From a virus, in IMG/VR virus record IMGVR_UViG_3300025141_000031: a stretch of 64,000 nucleotides of DNA. One strand, 5' to 3'. The translations under genes were made by a program, and so were the position numbers. Under the pieces are notes generated by a model. That model searched no databases. It was not told the origin of the DNA and worked only from the letters and a program-made list of their open reading frames with translations. Below are positions 37,248-47,202 of the stretch, one piece after another; within the stretch, counting starts at the first letter, position 1; each line of letters starts with the position of its first letter.

Positions 37248-39731
37248 CTACTTATCGCTTAGTCCGCCAATTCCAAGTAATTGATTGATTGGAGCAAATA
37301 AACCTGTTAATTTATATGTTTTACCTTTATATACAAATACAATTCCTTCTGAAGGTACTAACTTTTCAAAACCTCCAAGGTCTTCTATTCGCTTTAATTC
37401 GAATTTTAATTTCTCAAGTGACGCTAGGTCCTTAGATTTCTGGATGACTTTAATTTTTGTAGCTATTCTTCGTCTAATGTCATTTGTTGCATCTGTTGGA
37501 ACTACTGATAAATAATCTGAAATATTATGCATAATTTCTACTCCTAACTCTAAAAATATCTTTTCGAAATTATATACATTATGTTTATTTTGTTTTTGAA
37601 AATCTTGTTTATCAAACTCTTTTACCATTTTTAATATTTCTGGATCTGGAATGGTTTTTGTATTCATTCTAAATGATTTATCAAAATATGCCCATCTTTT
37701 CAACATTCCAAGTTTTATATCTTCTGTTGCATATGGAATTGCTTGTTCAATTTTTCCTTGCCACCATCTTTCATGCCACATTACTAATTCATCGGAATCT
37801 TTTAATTGGAACTGGCTTTGTAATAAATTTACCTTATCAATAAAATATTTTTCTTTCTTTTCAAAATTAGGTAGTTTGCCAACTGTTAATATTTTTGGTG
37901 GTATAATTTCAAATTGTTTTTGTATATGAGCATTTACACTAGCAATTAATTTTTGTAGCAATGGAGCATATTCAGGGTATGAATCTACTTTCGTTGCTAA
38001 TTCTAAATTATATTCATCTACTCCATGAAATTGTATATAAGCTTTTGGACCGTACATTATAACGTTTTTAGTACCTGGATAAATGATTTCTATGTTTAAG
38101 AATCTAGATCCGTTTTGGAATACTTCATTTAATTTATTTCTTGGTATTCTTAATAACGCCTTTTCTAAATCTTGCATTGCGAACGAAAAAGCTTTTTCTA
38201 TTTCACCTCTGCCAGCAAATTTCATTTTAACTGCATTGATATCCATTGGATTCTTAATAGTAGTTTTATTTCTTGCTGCTCCAACTTTTCCATCTTTGAA
38301 TGTAATAGCTAATGCTTGTCCATCTGTTTTTTCTTGTACTCCAGATTCAAGATTTAATTTTCCTTCTAAAGACAATCTTATCATTTGTTTCATATCACCA
38401 AATGTAATATCCCTATCATCAAATGGATGATTCATATGACCTGCTGCTCCTCCTTCAGTTAATAACTGAATAGCTAATGATTCTCCTAATGTTTTAGGTT
38501 TTGGTTCTTGTGGAATAATTCTCATTCTCATAGACGATCTACCATTAATTAATAAGTCACCTTTTTCGTTCCAGCTTATTGTTTTTACAACTACTTTCTT
38601 ATTCTTAAATCTTCCCATTAATACAGTATCACCTATATTAATCGGTAAATTAATATCTTCTTTTAATGTTGTTGGTTTCATTACTTCTCCTTTACTAGAC
38701 TCAATCGAATCTTCTGCTCCTAGAAAATCTAGAAATTTATATCCTACTGAATTAGCTATTTTTGTAATATACTTTTTCCATATTTTATATGCAGGATTTC
38801 CTTTATAATCTTTCATATAATCAGTACCTGCAGGATCTCCTCCTTTAACACCTGTTGGAAAATATGATACTGTTAATGGCGGACCGTCTGGAAATTTTGT
38901 ATTATGTATTTCAAGTGGATTATCTTTTAATATATAATTAACTACATAATATCCCAATCGTTTGGCCATTTCATCATTTTTCTTTCTATATGTAGCTTGA
39001 TTACCATAAAAATATCTTGGTCCGTCATCTACATCTGCTTTACCTTGTGCACTAGCCGAACTTGCTTCTGTTAAATAATCTTTTATGTTTATTGTAGTTA
39101 AAAATTCTTCTATTTGTTCTGATAATTTTTGTTTTACTAGATTGAATATTTTTGGGTCGAACCAACCAAATATTTCTTTAAATGTATTTTGATCTCCTGT
39201 AGCTAATGCTGCTCTTATAGTTGTTCCCGACATCTCCCCAAATCCTTTAACCTTAAGGCTAATATGCGGTGATATAACGAAGTATCCATGCTTACCATAA
39301 CCAAGTAAATTACTTTTAGACTTTGAATATTCTTGGAAGTATCCAGGAGTACCATCTTTCTTTATTGTCTTTAATCTTCCTGCATCTTTTTTCCCATATA
39401 CAAATACTACTGCAGTGGTTTCTGGGTCATATTTTTTTAATATATTTTCTGGTGCATATACATTTTTTTCCTGAACTATATTTTTAATACCGTGTTTAAG
39501 TATGATACTTCGTTTCTCACGAAAATTAAATGGAGATTGAGGTGGATCTACTTTATTAGATGTAGCTATATATGTATTGGTTTTACCAAATTGGTTTGCA
39601 AGCCAATCATATACTTCTGCATGATGTTTACCCATTGGTTGAAATCTACCTGGATATATTGCCACTACTGTTTTGATAGGAGAATTTGCTTCTGCTATTA
39701 AATCTTCTACTATTTGTTCACCTAAATTCAT
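37248..39731 (-). CDS. Multidomain protein: HIGH-type (cytidylyltransferase-like) nucleotidyltransferase + two unknown modules + C-terminal ligase-like (DUF6267-type) domain
   Basis: N-terminal AIYPGRFQPMGKHH...SPF...SGTTIR. C-terminal GGAAGHM.HP, EKTDG (KxDG), NIEII, SEGIVF and YKLTG.FAP.NQ. Confidence 0.75.
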   Translation of the reverse strand: MNLGEQIVEDLIAEANSPIKTVVAIYPGRFQPMGKHHAEVYDWLANQFGKTNTYIATSNKVDPPQSPFNFREKRSIILKHGIKNIVQEKNVYAPENILKKYDPETTAVVFVYGKKDAGRLKTIKKDGTPGYFQEYSKSKSNLLGYGKHGYFVISPHISLKVKGFGEMSGTTIRAALATGDQNTFKEIFGWFDPKIFNLVKQKLSEQIEEFLTTINIKDYLTEASSASAQGKADVDDGPRYFYGNQATYRKKNDEMAKRLGYYVVNYILKDNPLEIHNTKFPDGPPLTVSYFPTGVKGGDPAGTDYMKDYKGNPAYKIWKKYITKIANSVGYKFLDFLGAEDSIESSKGEVMKPTTLKEDINLPINIGDTVLMGRFKNKKVVVKTISWNEKGDLLINGRSSMRMRIIPQEPKPKTLGESLAIQLLTEGGAAGHMNHPFDDRDITFGDMKQMIRLSLEGKLNLESGVQEKTDGQALAITFKDGKVGAARNKTTIKNPMDINAVKMKFAGRGEIEKAFSFAMQDLEKALLRIPRNKLNEVFQNGSRFLNIEIIYPGTKNVIMYGPKAYIQFHGVDEYNLELATKVDSYPEYAPLLQKLIASVNAHIQKQFEIIPPKILTVGKLPNFEKKEKYFIDKVNLLQSQFQLKDSDELVMWHERWWQGKIEQAIPYATEDIKLGMLKRWAYFDKSFRMNTKTIPDPEILKMVKEFDKQDFQKQNKHNVYNFEKIFLELGVEIMHNISDYLSVVPTDATNDIRRRIATKIKVIQKSKDLASLEKLKFELKRIEDLGGFEKLVPSEGIVFVYKGKTYKLTGLFAPINQLLGIGGLSDK

Positions 39732-40006
39732 TTTGCTAACATTATATCTAATCGATTTTTATTACCACCATAAAAACTATCAACAGTTGAATTATCATCT
39801 AAATTTTGTAAATGAAACCAAGGGGTTCCATAAAAAGAGCCAGTTGGTGTACTTTCCCACCCTATGCCAGGATTAGGGTTTCTTACTAATGTAACCTCTT
39901 CAAATTGCCAATTATTTGAAGCAGCGGATGCAGAAGGATATGTTCCTAAATCATCACAAGGAGGGCATTTTTCTTCTGTATATACTGTTAATTTATAATT
40001 ACTCAT
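39728..40006 (-). CDS. Thioredoxin/glutaredoxin-fold protein (CPPC)
   Basis: LTVYTEEKCPPC...GTPWF...FYGG: CxxC, a cis-Pro TP motif and GG. ATGA-coupled to the 827-aa gene. Confidence 0.65.
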   Translation of the reverse strand: MSNYKLTVYTEEKCPPCDDLGTYPSASAASNNWQFEEVTLVRNPNPGIGWESTPTGSFYGTPWFHLQNLDDNSTVDSFYGGNKNRLDIMLAK

Positions 40007-40024
40007 ATTTTATTTTTCTTTTAT

Positions 40025-40032
40025 ATAAATAT
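40025..40032 (-). promoter_or_regulatory. Class-1 (putative late) promoter motif ATATTTAT
   Basis: Upstream of the thioredoxin-like/polyprotein pair. Confidence 0.6.
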
Positions 40033-40307
40033 CATACTATTGGTAATGAACCAGTCGTTACTGATGACCAAGTTGGTTCTACTAACCAACTACCATCATC
40101 ATTGCAATATTTTGATGAACTAGCTACACATTTAAATATTGATACATCATCTAATATATTTTCATATTCTATATTACAATATACCAAATTATCAATTCCA
40201 CAAGAACTTGTTGAATGAAAAGATGCTGTGAAATTTGGACTTGTATTTACTGCATTAGTTATATTACTAATATCACTTCCACTTACTATAAATCTATTTA
40301 TTACCAT
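40032..40307 (-). CDS. Small Cys/Ser-rich hypothetical protein (tail-fibre associated?)
   Basis: 91 aa at the end of the fibre operon, with four Cys. Confidence 0.6.
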   Translation of the reverse strand: MVINRFIVSGSDISNITNAVNTSPNFTASFHSTSSCGIDNLVYCNIEYENILDDVSIFKCVASSSKYCNDDGSWLVEPTWSSVTTGSLPIV

Positions 40308-40316
40308 AATTTTTCT

Positions 40317-41219
40317 TTACGTTGCATATGTACCAAAATTAAATTGATCTAAATTATCTGAGTTTCCATCTACTGTCAATGATTCTTGCATTCCAACATT
40401 TACAGGATGCAATGTCACTCTATCAATATAAACTTTACTACCATTTGAACCATCCCATCGACCGTCATCATTATCTAATCGTATAGTCATTAAAGTGTTA
40501 ACAGTTTGATTATCGAATGTAAAACACATATCATATTTTGTCCAAGAAGTTGTCATTGTATTTTGAGCAGAATAATATGTGGCTCCTGTTGAAGGAGATC
40601 CTAAAGAAGAATTTGTAGCATCACCTCCACTATATCCAGAGAAATTATAGACATAATTAGGACTGTCAAAGGCAACACTAAAAATAAATACGCTTTGTCT
40701 AACAGTTCCAGTATTTGAAGGTGCTGAGTTTGATTTTCTTGCATACCAACTGCAATACCAAGTGGCACCTGGATGAGTTAGACTAATGATATGTCCATTA
40801 GTTATAGGTAAATTATGATAATGTGATGTATAAACTTCACCTGATGTTCTTCCATTTGTTATTTGGATTACACGTCCTGAGGTTCCTACTGTACTAGATG
40901 CATCACCTTCATCTTTTCTTCTTAAAGATGTTAGGCCTGAACCATAAGACTTATTTTTTACTTCTGTATCATTTGTAGAACTATATGATGGGTCTTTAAA
41001 TGGTACTGTTTCGGTAGTTCCAAAATATGTAATTCTAGGTGCATACCCTTCAGCATCATCATAATTATAATCTGTAGAACCTCCATAATCAGTATAGCCT
41101 GCAGCTGCATAAACTTTGCCGCCACAAATAGGCATATAACTACATAAAGTATTAAATATTCCTCTTCCTAAAGTTTTATGAGCTCCTCTGGCTGCTGTTT
41201 GATTTGGTGGAAATGGCAT
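40317..41219 (-). CDS. Putative fibre-associated protein with carbohydrate-binding-module-like beta sandwich
   Basis: YCSWYARK...TTSWTKYDMCFTF...IRLD...KVYIDRVTL resembles CBM4/9-like patterns. Coupled to the giant fibre gene. Confidence 0.55.
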   Translation of the reverse strand: MPFPPNQTAARGAHKTLGRGIFNTLCSYMPICGGKVYAAAGYTDYGGSTDYNYDDAEGYAPRITYFGTTETVPFKDPSYSSTNDTEVKNKSYGSGLTSLRRKDEGDASSTVGTSGRVIQITNGRTSGEVYTSHYHNLPITNGHIISLTHPGATWYCSWYARKSNSAPSNTGTVRQSVFIFSVAFDSPNYVYNFSGYSGGDATNSSLGSPSTGATYYSAQNTMTTSWTKYDMCFTFDNQTVNTLMTIRLDNDDGRWDGSNGSKVYIDRVTLHPVNVGMQESLTVDGNSDNLDQFNFGTYAT

Positions 41220-44200
41220 TATTTATTCTCTAATTTTTTAATTCTTGTTTCTAACTCTTCAATTGTATCTTGTTGTTCTTTAATACCTTCTATTAATAAT
41301 GGAACTATTTTTTCATAATTAACTGCTAAGTATCCAGAACCACTTCTTTCCGTAACAGCTTCAGGTAATACTGTTTGTACTTCTTGGGCAATAACTCCTA
41401 TGTCATGTTTTTGGCCTTTTGGTTGTCCAACCCATCCTCTTGTCCATCCTGGACCTTTTTCATTCCAATCAAATGATACTCCACGTAATTGTTTTATTTT
41501 ATTAATAGGGTCATCAATAATAAGAATATTATCTTTCTGTCTTTTATCAGAACTAAAAAAGGCTACTACATCAGCATTAGATTGTATTTCCCCATCAGTA
41601 AATACCTTTCCTTGTACACCATAGAATGCATAAGAATCATCATCCGAAACATCTGCTACATATGCTGCTGTAATTTGTGGGGTTCCTGGACATACATCCA
41701 TGTTTGCTTCTGCAAATACAGCTGCCATATATGGTCTAGAAGCTACACCAGCACCACATTTATCCATCCCAGTTATACCACCTGTACCCCATGCAGTATT
41801 TGCATTAGATGCACCATTACCAATACCAAAGTATCCTGCTACTCTATTTGAACCTAAATCACAATCATTTGCTTCTACATATAATGGTGCTGCATCGGCT
41901 GAATTACCAAAATCAGATGTTTCTACAATACGTAATGTTCCATCTGTCATTAACATTCCTGGGTGAGTTGATATTAAATCATCATCTAATGTTATACATT
42001 TTTCTCCTGATGAATTAAAAAATGACATACTTGCTTCAGTACCATTTAATTCAATTCTTTGATTTGTCGAACCTCCAAATATTGCAACACCATCATCTAA
42101 TCTCAGATTAGATCCTGCAGTTGTTCCCCAGTTAGTAGATTGAATATTACCTGTTTGTATTCTACCACCTTCGATAATAGTTGAACCAGGCGCGGTTCCT
42201 GCAGGTGTTAAGTATAATCCTTGAACTTCTTCATCTGTTAAGGTCTTACCTGCATATACTCTTATTTCATCTATTGAACCTGTAAAGTATGTTCCTGCGG
42301 TATCAAATGTATGTGAATTACCTTGTATAATGGAAAGATTGCCATCATCGGTAAGAGCTCCAATTGCTGACAAACCACCATGAGCAAGTGTGGTATTATC
42401 AGTCATTGTATGAGATTTCTGTTTAAGGACTGAATTTAAATATAAACTTGCTGTTGGTGTAGTGTTTGTTGGTCTATTTAAAGTTCCGACAACATGATAC
42501 CATTCGCCTGAATCAATACTCGCCGACATTAAACAATCTTCATCGGCTGCATTTGCTCCAGCTAGATATGTTCTAAAATAAACATTACTTGCAGATACCC
42601 AAAGCGCTACACCAGATGAATCTCCACCTTGCTCATATATTACTTGTGGTGAGTTGTAAGAAACATCATCACATTTGAACCATGAAGACCATGAACCAGA
42701 TTCAATGTTTATAGTACTAGAACCATCATGATACCAAGTATTGTCATGAGTTACATATGTATTGTTACCAGATTCTAATTTAAGAGAATATTGTGTTATT
42801 GCATTACTACCCGATCCATGAGAGCCAGCTGGGTTACTAATTGTCCAGGCTCCTGTAATGTCTTCTCCGCCAACGGAATAATTTGCTTGGTTAAGAACAG
42901 TACTACCTGTACTATTAGCAAAATTTAAATGAAGAACTAAATTGTCATTAGGTGGATTTTTTGGTAAACTTGATACTTCTATCTTTCCTTTGAAGTATCC
43001 ATTTCCAGTATATAAACCAAATCCTGTAACTCCATCTGAGAATGATGAATCTGTTATTCCTGATAAGTCTCCTATTTGTGCTTGTAAATTTAAATCATAT
43101 AATCCAGAACCAGTACGTTCCACAATTTGCATGTATGGCGTATATGGGTCATTTGGATTTGCATTTAATCTAATATATCCAGTACCAATCTTTCCTGTTG
43201 ATACAATTACTTGTGAACCTGTATATGATTGAGCTGCGAACGGAGAATCTCCTAATGAACCGGATGGTCCATGAGTTGGAGACCCATCATAATTTAAACT
43301 TCTTGTTACAAATAAATAACCACCATAGTCGGTATCACTTGATGCATCAAATCTAGATGCGGATTGAACCTTTACATACTCTGTAGTAAATCCTGTTGAT
43401 GATATTTTTTTAAGTGATAATATTTCTCCGTATGCAAATCCAGATACATTTTGTATTGACATTGTAGTATCTGTTGCTGCATGATGTGCTCCTGGATGTA
43501 ATGCTGATCCAGTTAATACTGATGAATTTGCAACGTATAATTGTCCACCTACTGCATTAACTGTTTCCTTTTCAAATACGGCTGTTGATAGTGTTCCTCT
43601 TATTCTTGCATTCTCAACTTCTAACATACCTCCTGATACTGCAGTTAATCTAAATCCTGAACCTGCTAGGTTCGAAACAAAACCATCAGATTCAACAGTT
43701 CCGTCTTTACGAAGAATCATATTACCACCTTGAAGTTTAGTATCATCAAATGACCATCCTGCTATTTCTTGTCGTTCTGTTGATAGTTCAAATATTCTAT
43801 CTCCTGCAGTGCTCCACCCTTTAATACCCCATTCATTAGAAGTATTAGTTTGGCCGATTGCAAGCATTACATTATCCCTATCATTGTCACCTATATTATT
43901 CTTACCATCACCAGAATCTCCATGAATTGTTATCAATTGATAATCAGCATCTATACTAATACCGAATTTATCTGTAGTGGCGGTTGTGAAAGAATATAAA
44001 CGTTTGTCGGTAAAATTCCAACTTGCAATTTTATTAGTATCTCCAAATCGGAATATATTATTACCTCCTTCCGTTCCTTTAATACCCCAATTAGTACCAT
44101 CAGTATGATATATTTGTACACGATTATTATCATCTTCTCTAATTTCAATATTTTGGGTAGATGGATCTGCATTAAGGATAATACCTTTATCAGAAGCGTT

Positions 44201-47152
44201 AAGTCTTTGAAGTTTATCGCCAACTATTTCCCAATTTGCAATTTTACCTGCACTTGCAGTCATTGCTCCAGCAGTATCAACTTGGAACCCGGAAGCTGAT
44301 ATATGATATCCGCTATTACCAGATGAATCTAAAATAACTGTATTATTACTTGATGATAATGTATTAGTTCCTATTCCCCATCCTCCAATAGTACCACCAG
44401 CTTCTGCAGTAATAGTACCTTGCATTATCACGTCACCACTTGTATCTAAATGGAAATTACTAGATGTAATTGCAATTGTTCCATCTCCTGAGCCAGATAT
44501 AAAACTAGAGTCACTACCTAAAAAGAATTTTTGAGTTCGGATATCCAGTTCCGCTGGATTTGTCCTAAATCTAAAATAACTTGCAGAATCTTGTACTAAT
44601 TCTAATCCTACTCCGCCATTATCATAATCATCAGTAACACCTTCTAATACTGAACCGCTCCAGAACATGAATCCTGAACCACTTCCTGCAGATGCTGATG
44701 TAAATCCTGTATATCCTATTGAACGCATATATGCTGAATTCACACCCGCTAATTCTACTCCTGAGCCGACTGTGTTTCCTACAAAAACTGAACCTGTAAT
44801 AAGATTTCCTTCTCCAGAAATATAAGTATTATCTCCATCAAAAATTGCTCCTTGAGCAAATGGTTCACATTCCGCTGGTGCACCTTGGTAATCTAAAAAT
44901 TGGAATTTAAATGCCAACGGTGCATTCATAGCATCTGTTGGTATTCTAATATTCATTTCTGTATGGTTAGGTGAAAATCCAGTTTCTATGTTCGCATTTA
45001 ACTGTATATTCTTTATATAAGCTTTACCTTTACGAACAACAAATATAGGTTTATATCTATCCGTATAGAATGGAACAAATTGTACTTGACTCCAAACTGC
45101 TTGTCCTCCTGTATTAAATTCAACCGAACCTAAATAATTTCCGTATTCTGAATTAGTTAGTTGATGGGCAGCTCCTTGTTCTGTATATGGAGCTCCTATG
45201 ATAGCACCAAAATATTCTTTTGTATCATGAATTTTTGAACCTGACATATATACATCAACACGAGCTCCCATTGGAGAAGCTCCTTGGGCTTCCATAGATG
45301 ATGTTTGCTCGGCTTTTGTAAAGAATGATAAATTATATTCTGTATTAGCATATAATGTAGGTTTATAGGTATCACTTAAAGACCATTTAACATGAGACGA
45401 ATTTTGATTTTGAGACGTAAATACATCTGTACTTTCTAATAATACTGATTCTCCTAGGTAATCATTGTTCCATGTTTGTGAGCCGTAAGCAACTTCCCAA
45501 TACGTATCAATATCTTCTTGACTATTCAACGCTCCCATTGGTTTGTCAATAACTCCCATTTGTAAATCAGCTGAGTTAGATGCTGTATCTGATAATACTT
45601 CTTTCATTTCTAAAATAGTATTTCCTACATCAGTATAATCTCCTGGAGCTCCCATCAGTTTATATAATGTTTTAACTGAATATACATCTCCTGTTGATGG
45701 CTCAATATTAGCTAATCTAATATTTGCAAAGGACATTGAATTTTCTGTGTCTTGTGACATTTGTGGAACCCAATAACTCATTGTAAATGCAGATGCACCA
45801 AAATCAACAACATGGTGGCCGAACTCTTCACTATTACGACCTGCTAAGAAATCAAATGCTGGATGTAATCTACATGTTGTTGAATTTTCTATGTCAACAA
45901 TTGTTCCAATATATGTTGCATCAGTTGATCTATTACTATTAGAGCCGGCTGTATTTCCTGAATTTGTTGATGTTGCATGAACAACTTGGCCTGAACCATT
46001 AATCCAATGATCTGTTTCAGCTGTAATCTGTGGATTGTTTATAATTACTGTTGCTCCTAGATGCTGACTACCACTTAATGATAAGCCTGCAAAAGTAGCT
46101 ACTGTCGTATCTGGTGGATTATATACAATCGTTGATACTGTAGTAACGTTATTTTGTGGTGTTGATACACTTGATTGTGCATCTCTGATTGATGGAGCCA
46201 TTGTAATTGATGTGGTTCCACCTGGGCCATTATTACCTACATTAACAGTTGCAATCGCAACTTTTGCAGGAGTTAAGTTTGTTGTTGATTTTACCTGTGC
46301 TACAGTTGAATTATTTGGTGTTCCTGACACTGCTGGAGATTTGGCTAAAGTAGATGGCATCGCAATTGCTATCTTGGCAATTCCTTGTGATTTTGAAGGT
46401 GTTTTTGATGAAAATGATGCTTCTGGAATAGTATTGCTAGGGTTCTGTGCTTGGGGCCATATTGTTTTGGTGACTGCAGCTGCTATAGATTCTATTGTTG
46501 GAGTCGTAATATTAGTTGTTACTGTTGAATATCCACCTGCTGGACCGGTTCCTGAAATAGATAATCCATTTTCTGATGCTGATCCTGATATTACTTTAAA
46601 GAATGTTGGTAAATCTGTTATCTCTGAAAATGTTTTTACTTGTTCTTCAATTGTTATTTCTGGTTCTTGTAAGAAAAGAATTTCAGAATTGTTACGTCTA
46701 TTTGGTGCAACTCTAGAAGTCCTAGTCCATAATACGTTAGGTAGATCTACCCAATTATCACTCATGACATCTCTACTAAACGGAAATTGATCATTAGTTT
46801 CTGGATCGTATAGAGCTCTTCCTGCTAAATAGAAAGTACATTTACCTACTGGAGTATCTGGATATATCCATATTGATATTGTACGTACTCCATCTTTTTC
46901 TAAATAGTTTAATACTTCGAAGTAAATCGGGTCGCCATTGTAATCTAATATTTCTATATGGACCTTTGAATCGTCAACTAATGTATCAGGATCACCTCTA
47001 AATTTAAATACATTCTTTCCTGCTGTTAATGTTGTAGGAAATTCCTTTATCTCAAAAAAGTCTTGTGATAATGGTTCTCTATCAATTACATCATATCTGA
47101 TATTCGCGTTTTCCGCTAATCCTATATAGGAGGCCTCTCTTTTGATTGCCAT
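41219..47152 (-). CDS. Giant tail fibre/spike protein with LamG domain and C-terminal S74 intramolecular chaperone
   Basis: 1977 aa. GTIGGWGI-type repeats, LamG (WYHVVGT...LYLNSVL...FTGSIDEIRVY) and SDKRQKDNI...IGVIAQEV...VNYEKIVPLLIEGIKE. Confidence 0.85.
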   Translation of the reverse strand: MAIKREASYIGLAENANIRYDVIDREPLSQDFFEIKEFPTTLTAGKNVFKFRGDPDTLVDDSKVHIEILDYNGDPIYFEVLNYLEKDGVRTISIWIYPDTPVGKCTFYLAGRALYDPETNDQFPFSRDVMSDNWVDLPNVLWTRTSRVAPNRRNNSEILFLQEPEITIEEQVKTFSEITDLPTFFKVISGSASENGLSISGTGPAGGYSTVTTNITTPTIESIAAAVTKTIWPQAQNPSNTIPEASFSSKTPSKSQGIAKIAIAMPSTLAKSPAVSGTPNNSTVAQVKSTTNLTPAKVAIATVNVGNNGPGGTTSITMAPSIRDAQSSVSTPQNNVTTVSTIVYNPPDTTVATFAGLSLSGSQHLGATVIINNPQITAETDHWINGSGQVVHATSTNSGNTAGSNSNRSTDATYIGTIVDIENSTTCRLHPAFDFLAGRNSEEFGHHVVDFGASAFTMSYWVPQMSQDTENSMSFANIRLANIEPSTGDVYSVKTLYKLMGAPGDYTDVGNTILEMKEVLSDTASNSADLQMGVIDKPMGALNSQEDIDTYWEVAYGSQTWNNDYLGESVLLESTDVFTSQNQNSSHVKWSLSDTYKPTLYANTEYNLSFFTKAEQTSSMEAQGASPMGARVDVYMSGSKIHDTKEYFGAIIGAPYTEQGAAHQLTNSEYGNYLGSVEFNTGGQAVWSQVQFVPFYTDRYKPIFVVRKGKAYIKNIQLNANIETGFSPNHTEMNIRIPTDAMNAPLAFKFQFLDYQGAPAECEPFAQGAIFDGDNTYISGEGNLITGSVFVGNTVGSGVELAGVNSAYMRSIGYTGFTSASAGSGSGFMFWSGSVLEGVTDDYDNGGVGLELVQDSASYFRFRTNPAELDIRTQKFFLGSDSSFISGSGDGTIAITSSNFHLDTSGDVIMQGTITAEAGGTIGGWGIGTNTLSSSNNTVILDSSGNSGYHISASGFQVDTAGAMTASAGKIANWEIVGDKLQRLNASDKGIILNADPSTQNIEIREDDNNRVQIYHTDGTNWGIKGTEGGNNIFRFGDTNKIASWNFTDKRLYSFTTATTDKFGISIDADYQLITIHGDSGDGKNNIGDNDRDNVMLAIGQTNTSNEWGIKGWSTAGDRIFELSTERQEIAGWSFDDTKLQGGNMILRKDGTVESDGFVSNLAGSGFRLTAVSGGMLEVENARIRGTLSTAVFEKETVNAVGGQLYVANSSVLTGSALHPGAHHAATDTTMSIQNVSGFAYGEILSLKKISSTGFTTEYVKVQSASRFDASSDTDYGGYLFVTRSLNYDGSPTHGPSGSLGDSPFAAQSYTGSQVIVSTGKIGTGYIRLNANPNDPYTPYMQIVERTGSGLYDLNLQAQIGDLSGITDSSFSDGVTGFGLYTGNGYFKGKIEVSSLPKNPPNDNLVLHLNFANSTGSTVLNQANYSVGGEDITGAWTISNPAGSHGSGSNAITQYSLKLESGNNTYVTHDNTWYHDGSSTINIESGSWSSWFKCDDVSYNSPQVIYEQGGDSSGVALWVSASNVYFRTYLAGANAADEDCLMSASIDSGEWYHVVGTLNRPTNTTPTASLYLNSVLKQKSHTMTDNTTLAHGGLSAIGALTDDGNLSIIQGNSHTFDTAGTYFTGSIDEIRVYAGKTLTDEEVQGLYLTPAGTAPGSTIIEGGRIQTGNIQSTNWGTTAGSNLRLDDGVAIFGGSTNQRIELNGTEASMSFFNSSGEKCITLDDDLISTHPGMLMTDGTLRIVETSDFGNSADAAPLYVEANDCDLGSNRVAGYFGIGNGASNANTAWGTGGITGMDKCGAGVASRPYMAAVFAEANMDVCPGTPQITAAYVADVSDDDSYAFYGVQGKVFTDGEIQSNADVVAFFSSDKRQKDNILIIDDPINKIKQLRGVSFDWNEKGPGWTRGWVGQPKGQKHDIGVIAQEVQTVLPEAVTERSGSGYLAVNYEKIVPLLIEGIKEQQDTIEELETRIKKLENK

Positions 47153-47185
47153 GAATTTCCCTCGTACTTACCTATTTATTTTAAT

Positions 47186-47193
47186 ATAAATAT
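47186..47193 (-). promoter_or_regulatory. Class-1 (putative late) promoter motif ATATTTAT
   Basis: Upstream of the giant fibre gene. Confidence 0.65.
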
Positions 47194-47202
47194 GGTTAAC
47201 TC

